64,000 bases of DNA from a virus. This document shows positions 8,269 to 17,609 of the stretch, in pieces. The notes under the pieces are model-generated. The model did no database searches and was not told the DNA's origin. It saw only the letters and a list, made by a program, of their open reading frames with translations. The stretch spans positions 1 through 64,000 of the IMG/VR virus record IMGVR_UViG_3300037961_005793; one strand, 5' to 3'. The first letter of the stretch is position 1. Each line of letters begins with the position of its first letter. A program made the position numbers and the translations under genes.

Positions 8269-9123
8269 TCAGGCACCAAAGTCCATTAATCGATCTATTT
8301 CAGGAGAGTCAGCAAAAAATCCAGCCATACGCTGCCTGCCGTAGCGAGAACCAGGGCTACCAGCACCGTAGATAAATTCTTGAGACTGCCCGTCCGAATA
8401 ATCCCTGAGTCTCTTATTTGCTTCATCAAAAAATCGATTAAAGTCTGGCTGTAATTTACTTGTATCTGCCTCTACAACAGGAGGAGCAGTAGCGACATCC
8501 ATGTAATTTTGACGATTAAGGGCACTGTACTTACCCATAGTGTCAAACATTTTATTAGTCGCTTTATCCCCGTAGTCTTCTAAAGAAGTGGGGCCGATCG
8601 CATTTGGATCAAAACCGAAAAGCTGGTTGTATCCTCTTTGAGCTGCGGGTTCAATGTAATCCTTATAACGATTCCTGAATTCTTGAACTGCGTCAGGAAC
8701 AGTATTACCTGTTAAATATGCGATGTCGTTAGCAATACCACCGAGTTGTTCAAGTAATTTTCCATACTCTGTATCTACCTTCGCACGAGCTTCGTCAGCA
8801 TATTTAGGGTCAAATGGATTGCCCAAACCCATATAACCACCGGCTTCCTCGTCGTCTCCACCACGGAAAGTTCGAACAATATCACCGAGTGAACCACCTA
8901 GTGTGCTGATGGAACTCCCAAGATCCCCGAGACCTCCTCCTCCCCCTCCGAAGAAACTTGTTCCCAAAGTTTGGGGTACAGCGCCTGCGGGGATTTGGTA
9001 ATCCAGCCCTCCAAGACCACCGAAATCGAAGTCAAAACCGCCCCCACCCATTTGAAAGGTAGGAGTGCTACCAGGGACGTTATAGCTGAAATTGGAGGGG
9101 AAGTTACCTAAGGAGGGAGACAC
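8269..9123 (-). CDS. Gly-rich putative internal virion protein
   Basis: 284 aa low complexity; TATAAT 22 nt upstream. Confidence 0.65.
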   Translation of the reverse strand: MSPSLGNFPSNFSYNVPGSTPTFQMGGGGFDFDFGGLGGLDYQIPAGAVPQTLGTSFFGGGGGGLGDLGSSISTLGGSLGDIVRTFRGGDDEEAGGYMGLGNPFDPKYADEARAKVDTEYGKLLEQLGGIANDIAYLTGNTVPDAVQEFRNRYKDYIEPAAQRGYNQLFGFDPNAIGPTSLEDYGDKATNKMFDTMGKYSALNRQNYMDVATAPPVVEADTSKLQPDFNRFFDEANKRLRDYSDGQSQEFIYGAGSPGSRYGRQRMAGFFADSPEIDRLMDFGA

Positions 9124-9154
9124 TTTGCTAACGCTCTTTTCTTAAATTATACAA

Positions 9155-10075
9155 TCAGATAACTGATTCTCCTGGTCTGAACTTGTCACGTTGGGCTTGC
9201 GCAGCAGCGTTCAAATAAGCCAAGTTAGCTAAAGGATCTAGTTGTTTGCCCATCTGTTCTCTTCTGCGGGCTTTGGCTTCTGCTGCTTTTTCGTTTGCTC
9301 TTGCTTGTTCAGATTCCATGAACATCTGTGTAAGAGCATCGATCTTCCCTGCTTCTTGAGACTTTGCATAACCTTCCTTCATCTTGGTAAGCACTTCATT
9401 TTTAAATTTCTCATCACTTTCTGCTCTTGTTTTTTCTGCTCGTTCGAAGTCTGCAGTCTGTTGATTTAATTTTTGTCTAAGCTCACCAATTAATATCAAA
9501 GCTGCTGCTTCCTCACTACCGATACCAGTGTTTTCTTGGGAAGTTTCAGGTTGTTCTGGCACTACCTGGTTCTGAACAACTTCAGGAGGTTTCTCGGGAG
9601 CAGGTAGTTGTGCTCGGGGTCCTTGCCCTTGAATCGGTGCGTTAAACGCGTCTTTTACGAACTGAAAATTTCTAGCTTTTTGATTTGGGTAGTAACTGCC
9701 TCCTTCAAGCGTGGGAAAAGCGGCCCACTCGGGTGCCAACTTAGCAACGTTCTGGGGTGTAAGCGGGTCCCGATCAGGGTCCACGCCCCGCCTTCTGATT
9801 AATTCAAGAGCAGCTTGGTCCTGGGAAGACGGAGAAAAGTCGGGAAGATTGAGGTCCCTTTTTACTCCGCTATAAGTACCTGGCATGAACTGGTATGCCC
9901 CAGCCGCAGCGCTTTTGAGCCGCCCGCCGTCAATGACAGTATCAGGGTGTTGGTCGTAATTGGGAAACGTGCCTCCCCCAAACATGATGTTATAACCGCG
10001 TCTGCCGTCACGCATCGTGCCTTCTGCAGCACTGATTGAATTTAACCAGCGTTGAGCGTTAGGAGAGATCTCCAT
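9155..10075 (-). CDS. Lambda-type lysozyme/transglycosylase fused to a Pro-rich linker and coiled coil
   Basis: ISAAEGT...GYNIMFGG...AAGAYQFMPGTY...FSPSSQDQAA...EWAAFP; start reassigned to MEISPNAQ. Confidence 0.85.
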   Translation of the reverse strand: MEISPNAQRWLNSISAAEGTMRDGRRGYNIMFGGGTFPNYDQHPDTVIDGGRLKSAAAGAYQFMPGTYSGVKRDLNLPDFSPSSQDQAALELIRRRGVDPDRDPLTPQNVAKLAPEWAAFPTLEGGSYYPNQKARNFQFVKDAFNAPIQGQGPRAQLPAPEKPPEVVQNQVVPEQPETSQENTGIGSEEAAALILIGELRQKLNQQTADFERAEKTRAESDEKFKNEVLTKMKEGYAKSQEAGKIDALTQMFMESEQARANEKAAEAKARRREQMGKQLDPLANLAYLNAAAQAQRDKFRPGESVI

Positions 10076-10301
10076 CCTCTTCGAGATCGTCGAATACTCC
10101 AATATTAGGATCGACCACGACTCCAAGCTCGTCAGCGACGAACTTGTAAGCGCGTTCGCGACAAACAAAACGCACAATACGATCCCAGAGATACTGATCC
10201 CTTTCTTTACCCCTGAGTTCTTTAGCGCCGTTCTTGATGCGAGTGAGTGTGAATTCGTCTTCAAGCGTAAGACTTACGCTGACGTGACCGGTGTCGTCCA
10301 T
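10059..10301 (-). CDS. nblA: NblA-like phycobilisome degradation adaptor
   Basis: LTLEDEF...RERAYK matches the NblA LSLEQQF...RE-x-x-Y pattern; TAGACT 21 nt upstream. Confidence 0.6.
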   Translation of the reverse strand: MDDTGHVSVSLTLEDEFTLTRIKNGAKELRGKERDQYLWDRIVRFVCRERAYKFVADELGVVVDPNIGVFDDLEEDGDLS

Positions 10302-10364
10302 ATTCAGATACCGATATCTATAAGTCTAGGTCAGCTTTTTCACACAAATAATGTCAGTATATGC

Positions 10365-10616
10365 TCACCATGCTTTACATGACCAGTAACCAGCGGTCAG
10401 TTTCGACTTTTTCTCGTCGCATTTGTGTCTCGCTCTAAAGCTCTTGCGCCGCTCAGGGTCGTTTTTCTTGATGGTCATATTCGCGTCTCCGAAGCGGACC
10501 AGACGCACCGTGTCGCCCTCCTTGGCCGCCACAGCGAACTTCTTGCCTCCTTGCTTGTCCCGCTTGGGTTTGTTGTACCCGCTGAAGCGCTCACCAGCGA
10601 TCCGTATGCCTGCCAT
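10365..10616 (-). CDS. Small basic conserved viral protein (DUF5754-like)
   Basis: KKFAV...VRFGDANM...ERRKSFRARHKC...AGYWSCKAW. Confidence 0.75.
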   Translation of the reverse strand: MAGIRIAGERFSGYNKPKRDKQGGKKFAVAAKEGDTVRLVRFGDANMTIKKNDPERRKSFRARHKCDEKKSKLTAGYWSCKAW

Positions 10617-10744
10617 GCTTTCAGCCGTTCTGCAACAATTCTAAGTCAAACCCATAAAAAAATTATTAATGATTTTTGCTGGGTGACTTTCACGAATCCA
10701 CTGCTAATCTTCTTGCGTTGCGATCATTCAACAGTCTCGTAAAC

Positions 10745-10987
10745 ATGGAATCCAAGAAGCTGCTCACAATCGCTCAAACAGCAGAGCTGTTGAACTGCTC
10801 TACTGGTTTTGTTCGTAAGCGTATTGCACTTACTGAATCACACCAGGATGGTGGTTGGCCTAAAAGCACTTACGTAAACCTGCAACCTAAAGGTGCTAAA
10901 TCCCTGTTCCGCATCAACAAAGATGCTCTCGAAGAGTACCTGAAAGGTCAGGAAGAGCAGGCTACAGTAGTGTGTCCGATGAAATGA
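10745..10987 (+). CDS. Excisionase-like HTH protein
   Basis: LLTIAQTAELLNCSTGFVRKRI...FRINKDALEEYL. Confidence 0.7.
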   Translation: MESKKLLTIAQTAELLNCSTGFVRKRIALTESHQDGGWPKSTYVNLQPKGAKSLFRINKDALEEYLKGQEEQATVVCPMK

Positions 10988-10995
10988 TTAGGTAG

Positions 10996-11553
10996 ATGAC
11001 CTCCTCTTTTATGGATGGAATGCTTCAGAAGCGGCCCACAGCTCCAACCGAGGAGGTTGTAAAAGAGGAGGTCATCGTAGTAAAAGAGGCCAGCACCGAT
11101 AATCTGATTTTTCAGATGGTCGAATTGGCCTCTTATTTATATCATCTAAACCTTCAAGCACATTTAATTCACCTCAACCTAGAAGCACCTTACTTCTTGG
11201 CTGTTCATAAATTTTTGAAAAAACAATACCAACAACACACTGACGATTTTGACACCCTTGCAGAGTTAGTCCGCAGCATGGATTATCTAATGCCCATGTG
11301 TCAAAAAGGACTGTTAGGGCAGTATAAAAACTTCAAAATGACTAAGACTTACGACGCTGACGAAAGTTTAGTTCTATACGTCAAGAACTTAGAGAGCGGT
11401 GGCTTTATGGCTAAAGATGTTTATGAAGCTGCTCAAAAAGTTGGCGCACCTGACGTGGAGAATCATCTAGCTGATATCGTCGGCAACTTATTTAAGGGAG
11501 CGTGGATGCTTAAAAGCACCTTACGCGGCGGGAACCCAACCGCCTCCAAATGA
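10996..11553 (+). CDS. dps: Dps / ferritin-like protein
   Basis: Dps ferroxidase spacing H-x11-H-x14-D-x3-E in IHLNLEAPYFLAVHKF...FDTLAE; C-terminal WMLKS. Confidence 0.8.
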   Translation: MTSSFMDGMLQKRPTAPTEEVVKEEVIVVKEASTDNLIFQMVELASYLYHLNLQAHLIHLNLEAPYFLAVHKFLKKQYQQHTDDFDTLAELVRSMDYLMPMCQKGLLGQYKNFKMTKTYDADESLVLYVKNLESGGFMAKDVYEAAQKVGAPDVENHLADIVGNLFKGAWMLKSTLRGGNPTASK

Positions 11554-12117
11554 TACGTAAAGTCCGCTCGGCGGATCTACCCGATAGCCAAAGACCCCTG
11601 ATGCAGGGACTGCAGGAAACGCTCCGCTAATTACAGCTATATCTAATCCCGAAGCCACCAAAGCGCCTAAAGCTCCAGACGCAGAAACTGCTCCTAAAGC
11701 TCCAGAAGCGGTGACTGCTCCAAAAGCACCGGAAGCGACCACAGCGCTGTTGGCGACGAGAGCGCCGGATGCAATAGTGACAGTTGCAGAAGCAGCGACG
11801 TCTGCAAAAGCGGCACCCACTTTCTGCCAAGAGCTACCATTCCAAACTGATAAGTAATAAGCGGATGAGGATGAGTCTACCCACGTCTCACCTGTAGAGT
11901 TACCTGTTTCACCAGCTGGCGAGGAATTAGGAGCATTATTTCCGTAATGTGTTCCAGTTACTTTCCGGATGTCGCCTGCTGAATCTTTGAAATAGAGTCC
12001 GTTCTCAGCCGCACCAAAATTGATTGCAAGTTCACCAGCCTGAACTGTTGTATCTAAAGGTCGGTCTGATGCGTTACCGGACCTTTTGGAAAGGAGAGTA
12101 ACCGGAGTGGTTGTCAT
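11521..12117 (-). CDS. Tail fibre-type protein with Mtd-like N-terminal domain and ASGA repeats
   Basis: LLSKRSG...RP...GELAINF...LYFKD; 9-aa VxASGALGA repeats. Confidence 0.7.
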   Translation of the reverse strand: MTTTPVTLLSKRSGNASDRPLDTTVQAGELAINFGAAENGLYFKDSAGDIRKVTGTHYGNNAPNSSPAGETGNSTGETWVDSSSSAYYLSVWNGSSWQKVGAAFADVAASATVTIASGALVANSAVVASGAFGAVTASGALGAVSASGALGALVASGLDIAVISGAFPAVPASGVFGYRVDPPSGLYVSFGGGWVPAA

Positions 12118-13685
12118 TAGTAAGTTCCTCCATTAATGGCTGGTCTGAACAAAGGAGGTAATCCTGATCCGCTCAGATACTCGCCACCATCATAAATAAT
12201 TGATGGTGCAGTACCACTTGTAATTCCATCGATGTATATTCCACCGTCAATGACTGGTCTCTCGTCAGGAGGTACTGGCTGCAGAGGGTTGAATTCATCT
12301 ATATCAAACATGATGAAACCACTCGGAACTAACCGTGTAGTTACACCTGAGGCCAACGTGTCAAAGTTCATGACCTTGACCATTGTCGGGTTCATGTCCG
12401 AATAGAGGACGTGATTAGGAACGGTACTCTTGGCAGGTGAATAAGTTTCCCACCACTGCAGTGCTTCTGTCGACTGGAGGAACGCAGTCTGTTTTGCAAG
12501 CTGGCGATCAAAATATTCTCTGTATCGATCATCTAAGGGTTCGTCTGACGGTTGTGCTAGGAACGGTGCAAGGTATTTGTAGTTGGGGAATCTGTTCTGC
12601 ATATCCCACCACGATGCGTAAATGTGTTTACAAAACCGTGGCTGAAAAAACAAAACATTTGGATCTGAGTAAGAAGAACCAGCGTTGTCTTTGTAATTAG
12701 TTATGTCTAAAAGTTGCTTTGTATATATGAAACCAAAATCTCTCGCAAAACCTGGAAAGTCTCTCGTGTTTACTGGTCGTTCTCCCCCGTAAGTCTCATT
12801 ACCTGGGTCATAGATACCAGGTTTTAAATCTTGCGTGGGCGTAAAGGGATAGTTTCTTTTCTGAGCGTATTTGTATAAGTTAAAATCTTCTCTTCCTAGG
12901 TAGTCTGGGCAGTTGCATCCAAACCTCATAGCAGAAGAAAGAAATTCTCCGACTACCGGGACTGAGTTAGCAGGAACAATAAAACTCTCGTCTTCAATCG
13001 TCGTCCAACTGGTGTCCGCAGTCATAGACAAAAACAGTGTGTCCTGAGTCGCAGCTTCCTGGGGTATAGCGGGTCCTCCGGCTTTAGTTCCGACTGCTAC
13101 GACTGTATAGTTGCTGTATGTAGTTTTAGGTGTGCCGTCTGCCTGAAAACGGTCAGAGACTACTTCTCCCGTCATCAAAGAAACGGGTGCTCCAAAATTA
13201 CTTGTGAGTTCTACACCGATAATTTTGTTAGCAACGTCATAATCAAAAACACTTTTGACAGCTAGACCTAAGTCAAGAAGGTTAATGCTGTCACGAGGTT
13301 TAATTACTGTCATACGCATACCCATGTCCTGTTCGGACGATGGATACATGTACATCAGACCTGGGATCTCTGTACCGCCAGAACCTGCTTGCCCGTTCAT
13401 TGCGTATCTGAACGTGTAGTTCAGACCCACAAGGGCTTGGTTCGTGTACATATAAAGTTCATATCCCCTTCGCCATCTCGACCACATCGACGAGTAGCTG
13501 TAATCGAAGAGGAGACTGAAATCTTTTAGCTGTTGGTCAGGTCTAAATTTTTGATGCCAAGGCATCGACCTGTTTAAAGCTGATGCCGAAGTAGCTCCAG
13601 GAACTTTATCGAAGGAAAAACTAGATTTTTTTGGCGAGTGGTTGTCCCACCCGAAGTAATCAGAACCCTTTTTCCTTTTAGACAC
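12117..13685 (-). CDS. Large protein with SWIM-type Zn finger
   Basis: CNCPDY ... FCKHIYA; three C-terminal [DN]GGxY motifs. Confidence 0.7.
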   Translation of the reverse strand: MSKRKKGSDYFGWDNHSPKKSSFSFDKVPGATSASALNRSMPWHQKFRPDQQLKDFSLLFDYSYSSMWSRWRRGYELYMYTNQALVGLNYTFRYAMNGQAGSGGTEIPGLMYMYPSSEQDMGMRMTVIKPRDSINLLDLGLAVKSVFDYDVANKIIGVELTSNFGAPVSLMTGEVVSDRFQADGTPKTTYSNYTVVAVGTKAGGPAIPQEAATQDTLFLSMTADTSWTTIEDESFIVPANSVPVVGEFLSSAMRFGCNCPDYLGREDFNLYKYAQKRNYPFTPTQDLKPGIYDPGNETYGGERPVNTRDFPGFARDFGFIYTKQLLDITNYKDNAGSSYSDPNVLFFQPRFCKHIYASWWDMQNRFPNYKYLAPFLAQPSDEPLDDRYREYFDRQLAKQTAFLQSTEALQWWETYSPAKSTVPNHVLYSDMNPTMVKVMNFDTLASGVTTRLVPSGFIMFDIDEFNPLQPVPPDERPVIDGGIYIDGITSGTAPSIIYDGGEYLSGSGLPPLFRPAINGGTY

Positions 13686-13688
13686 GAA

Positions 13689-14243
13689 TCAATAGAAGCC
13701 GCCTTGCGCGAAAATATCAATACCTGATGCGCTCATTCCGCCAGAAACAGCGATGCCTGGTGCAGGAATCTGACCGACGCAGAGGATATAACCTTTCTCA
13801 AGGTAAAGTGCTTCCGAAGCACCAAGTTCAATAGGACGTGTCTGGTTCGTAAAACCAACACCAGGAGTCGGCGCAATGACTTTAGGAAGTTCGATTCGTT
13901 GGATTAAACCAAATGTGCTACCTGAGAGACCCACAGTGAATGCAGCGATCTGAAGAGGAACTGCCGTTGAGGGAGCTGACTGGTTAGGTGCATAGACATA
14001 AACACCGAACGAAGCAGCACGAGTACCGCTGTCGTCAGGATAAGCCTCTTTAGAAGTAACAAAAAGATCTTCAATTACCGCTCCGTCTTCAGACGGGAGG
14101 TCGCCCACACGGACGAGTTGTACAAGGTTGGAAAAATTAGGATTAACTACGTCGACAACAGGTGTCGTGCTGTTAAGTCGAGCACCCCGAAAAAAGGGGC
14201 GATCAACCATCATGGGCTGTTTATTGGTGGATGTACTAGCCAA
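13689..14243 (-). CDS. Putative virion structural protein
   Basis: STSTNKQPMMVDRP...AQGGFY, beta-rich. Confidence 0.6.
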   Translation of the reverse strand: MASTSTNKQPMMVDRPFFRGARLNSTTPVVDVVNPNFSNLVQLVRVGDLPSEDGAVIEDLFVTSKEAYPDDSGTRAASFGVYVYAPNQSAPSTAVPLQIAAFTVGLSGSTFGLIQRIELPKVIAPTPGVGFTNQTRPIELGASEALYLEKGYILCVGQIPAPGIAVSGGMSASGIDIFAQGGFY

Positions 14244-14308
14244 AGCCCTTAGCTCACGATCACTGAGTTAATCTTAGCAGTCAATCTTTATCGAGTTTAT
14301 TCTTTAAC

Positions 14309-14665
14309 TTACTGGCGATAAAAATCTTCCCTTCGAATCGGTCGAACTGCATCCATGTACGAAGCAATAGCGTCAAGGTTCAGTTCTGGGTCATCTTGAA
14401 CAGCCTTTCCGATCATTTTTTCCTCTAATTTTTCTTGAGGAGTTTTGCCATCAGCATCCTGCTCCTCTGCTGGATCTAGAGTGTATCCAGCTTGTCTGAG
14501 AAGGTTTTCGAGAGAGTTTGGATCCTCGTAACGTGTTGGACCTGTAAGCTGATTTTGGAAAGAACGTCTGCGTGGTTTGTCCTGGAAAGCTCGGACTACG
14601 TCGTCCACACCTGAAATTACATTCGATGCCAAGTTTATGTACTTGGTGATTTCTTCGATACCCAT
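14309..14665 (-). CDS. Hypothetical late protein
   Basis: 118 aa, TGATG overlap with the upstream gene. Confidence 0.6.
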   Translation of the reverse strand: MGIEEITKYINLASNVISGVDDVVRAFQDKPRRRSFQNQLTGPTRYEDPNSLENLLRQAGYTLDPAEEQDADGKTPQEKLEEKMIGKAVQDDPELNLDAIASYMDAVRPIRREDFYRQ

Positions 14666-16407
14666 CAGCTCATACCTCCCATACGTCCGGCCATGCGCAT
14701 TGCCATCTGTTGACCGAGGAACTGGTCAGGACGCTGAAGGTTGCCGTACTCAATCGGAGCTGCTGCTGCAATCAGTTCGTTGTTTTTCTGAATCGCAGCG
14801 GCTGCTTCCAGATCATTATTGAAATCCCCCGTGTACATCTGAGACGCAGCTGCATTGGCTTGACCTAATGCATTTGCTTCGTTGTTTGTACCCAGAGAAG
14901 ATCCGTAAGTCTGGCTTGTGACTGACTGGCTCTGCTGATTCATTTCAGGTGAAACCAACTGACCTTCACGGTTAATCAGACCCTGACGAAGCATATTTTC
15001 GTAAGCCATTTGAGGGTTGGCTCTAGCAAATGCTGCTAAATTTGCAGCCATTTCTTCATTCGCCGCTGTTGTTTTGATTGAGTCCACAACAGTTTGGAAC
15101 GCACTACCCTCTTCTCTTGGTTGAAGGGATTGAACGAAGCGGGCTCGATCAGCGTAGTAATCACCGATGTTGGCGTACTGTTCCGGTGATTTAGGAGCCA
15201 TAGCACGCACAACCTGAGCAGAAACAGGATCTGATTGTTGAATGGCCGTGATCTTATTCTCGATGTCAGTGGCGAGGGCACCTGACTCTTCAGGGGTCAG
15301 TGCTGGAACAGGGGTCGGTGCTGGAACAGGTGGTCCGTACATTTCCCCCGTCGGAGGCATTGCACCTTCAGGAGCAAAAACGTTATCTAATTTATTACCA
15401 AGTTGTTCTCCAAGGGCACCTAAAGCAACAGCTCCACCAAGCACCCCGGCACCTCGCAATGCCATATCAACTTGCGGCGGGATATTAGGACCCCGTTTGG
15501 GATCAACACTTGGTGTCCTAGGCATACGTGTATTTCCATAAAGTTCATCTAAATCGATCACTTGAACACCTATGGGACGCATTGGATCTTGTTCCATTCG
15601 CATGCGGGCGATGTCATTAGTAGTCAATCGTCCGCCGGGTGATCTTACTAATGCACTAGGGTCAAACTCCGTAATAATGCCTTCTGCAGGTCTTCGACCA
15701 CCCATACCAGGAGCGGTCATAGGGTCAAACTCGCTCATAACTTCACGATTTGACCGGAAATCGAGAGGGAGTTCTCCTTGACCAGGAGAAACTTCAACTT
15801 CGGTTTCACGAACAACTGCCCGACGAGGAGTACTCGGATAAGAACCTTCCATCATCCGGCCACCGATTTTTGTACCAGGTTCGGTGACTCTTCCGGTTTG
15901 AGAAAACATCGTGCCGGGAGCTACTGAACCCTGTGGGTTCCGCATACCACGGATTGCTGGTTGGAAGATGTAATCAGCAGAAGTTGACTCACGCGGTCCT
16001 TGCATCGGACCAATCTCACGGCGGAGTTGCTGAAGTCGACGAATTTCAGGGGAACCCGCAGGCACAGGGAACTCGGGCTCGGGTGCAGCGCCTAGATCTG
16101 CACGGGTCGGAACTGAGCGCTGACCCATTGTGATGCCGCCTGCATCACGAACTTGTTCACCGATTCGAGTGGGTTGAGCTGCACGCTGAGCAGCACGTAG
16201 TTTTTGTGCTGCTTCAGGGCCACCAACACCGAAATTAACCAGAGTATCTCCAAGTTCCCTTGCGCCTGGAAGATTACTATTCCTGAGCATCTCTCCGACA
16301 GAGGTGACCATTTCTGGTCCCCCTTTCTGCATACGCCGGAATAATTCCAAAGCGTCACCGTAACCTTGAGAGCCAGGCGTTCTTAAGCGCTTAGGATTAA
16401 TACTCAC
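14665..16407 (-). CDS. Large Pro/Gly/Gln-rich putative internal virion protein
   Basis: 580 aa low complexity, ends RMAGRMGGMS; TAAACT upstream. Confidence 0.7.
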   Translation of the reverse strand: MSINPKRLRTPGSQGYGDALELFRRMQKGGPEMVTSVGEMLRNSNLPGARELGDTLVNFGVGGPEAAQKLRAAQRAAQPTRIGEQVRDAGGITMGQRSVPTRADLGAAPEPEFPVPAGSPEIRRLQQLRREIGPMQGPRESTSADYIFQPAIRGMRNPQGSVAPGTMFSQTGRVTEPGTKIGGRMMEGSYPSTPRRAVVRETEVEVSPGQGELPLDFRSNREVMSEFDPMTAPGMGGRRPAEGIITEFDPSALVRSPGGRLTTNDIARMRMEQDPMRPIGVQVIDLDELYGNTRMPRTPSVDPKRGPNIPPQVDMALRGAGVLGGAVALGALGEQLGNKLDNVFAPEGAMPPTGEMYGPPVPAPTPVPALTPEESGALATDIENKITAIQQSDPVSAQVVRAMAPKSPEQYANIGDYYADRARFVQSLQPREEGSAFQTVVDSIKTTAANEEMAANLAAFARANPQMAYENMLRQGLINREGQLVSPEMNQQSQSVTSQTYGSSLGTNNEANALGQANAAASQMYTGDFNNDLEAAAAIQKNNELIAAAAPIEYGNLQRPDQFLGQQMAMRMAGRMGGMS

Positions 16408-16437
16408 GAGGCCAAGCCGATAACTTATAAGGTAAGT

Positions 16438-17058
16438 TTAGCGCCAATTATCTCTAAAATAAATTCTGTCAGAGCGTGATACATCAGGAGGACCAGGAAT
16501 AGCCTGGATAAACTCACCGCCTGAACGCTCAAAGCGATAACGAGAGGCAACGGGGTCTCGATAGTTAGGAACGTAAAGCATATGTGCTAAACGATCGCAT
16601 TCATATAAGTAGTTCTCGCGCCACACGCGAGCGGTTTCACGTTTGTCCTGAATGTTGATCGAACGCGAAACGTCACCAAGGATCGTTTCCTGACGGCTTG
16701 TGGCTTTACCTGTCGCTAACTCGGTAAGACGCTCAGCTTCTTCACAACGTTCGATCTGTTGTACGATCTTGTCGTTGTAGTATTCACTTGGAATGCTGTT
16801 ACACGCTTCTACAAGTCTCGCGTAATCACCCGCAGGTACAGTAGCGATGTTATAAGCAAGGTGATAAGCAACACGACTGAAATTGTAGTCATCTAGTTTG
16901 TAACCAAATACTTGAGCTGGGTTACGTGTGATCTGGTTGATCGCAGCGTAAATAACCTCACGCTTTGAAGCGTCGGTCGTCGTGGCGTTGAAAGTTACAC
17001 CCTGCTGAGCCAGATAACTCTGGATCTGCTCTAGTTCGTTTTGGGTTAACTGCGCCAC
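16438..17058 (-). CDS. Structural protein, possible head-completion/adaptor
   Basis: 206 aa helical, capsid-like codon bias, downstream of the capsid genes; function inferred from position. Confidence 0.55.
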   Translation of the reverse strand: MAQLTQNELEQIQSYLAQQGVTFNATTTDASKREVIYAAINQITRNPAQVFGYKLDDYNFSRVAYHLAYNIATVPAGDYARLVEACNSIPSEYYNDKIVQQIERCEEAERLTELATGKATSRQETILGDVSRSINIQDKRETARVWRENYLYECDRLAHMLYVPNYRDPVASRYRFERSGGEFIQAIPGPPDVSRSDRIYFRDNWR

Positions 17059-17080
17059 GGTTTATAAAACATATATGTTT

Positions 17081-17542
17081 TTATTCTACAAACACATCTC
17101 CAGTAGCAAAAACTTCATCCCAATCAATCCGCTTTACGGCTTTAAGTTGATCCAGTTTGGTGAATTTTTCACCTGGAAGACCTTGTTTAAGGTCAATAAT
17201 TTCTTTTGCAGTTTTAATACCAACGCCTGGAAGCACCTGAGTTAACCCCTCAGCAGTCAAGGTGTTGAGGTTGATCCGGTTGTCAGTAGGGACCTGGGGT
17301 TTGACAACGACCTTCTTCTCAGACTTCGGTTGAGAAACTTTTCTGCGTCCACGGCGTGAAAGCCCTTGATTGACGCCCTCGTCATAACCTTTATCTTCTT
17401 CGGGAGGGTCGTTGACTTGATCTTTATGTGCAAAAAACACTTTCCCTGATGTGTCAGAGCGAACCATGTAGTACTCACCGTCGTCATGAATTGACAGGAC
17501 TGTGATTTTAATACCACTGGGTGTGTAGATTTTGCTGGTCAT
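17081..17542 (-). CDS. Helix-hairpin-helix (ComEA/HHH_3-like) DNA-binding protein
   Basis: RINLNTLTAEGLTQVLPGVGIKTAKEII...FTKLDQL. Confidence 0.75.
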   Translation of the reverse strand: MTSKIYTPSGIKITVLSIHDDGEYYMVRSDTSGKVFFAHKDQVNDPPEEDKGYDEGVNQGLSRRGRRKVSQPKSEKKVVVKPQVPTDNRINLNTLTAEGLTQVLPGVGIKTAKEIIDLKQGLPGEKFTKLDQLKAVKRIDWDEVFATGDVFVE

Positions 17543-17609
17543 AACAATCACTATACGAGCAGTAGCTTATATCAGGATGCATTAAAATGGTGAGAGATTT
17601 TAAACTGTA

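Noticed and set aside
10076-10264. N-terminal extension of the lysozyme ORF in the track
   Set aside because: Overlaps the NblA-like gene; the lysozyme domain starts at MEISPNAQ (10075), with GAGG upstream
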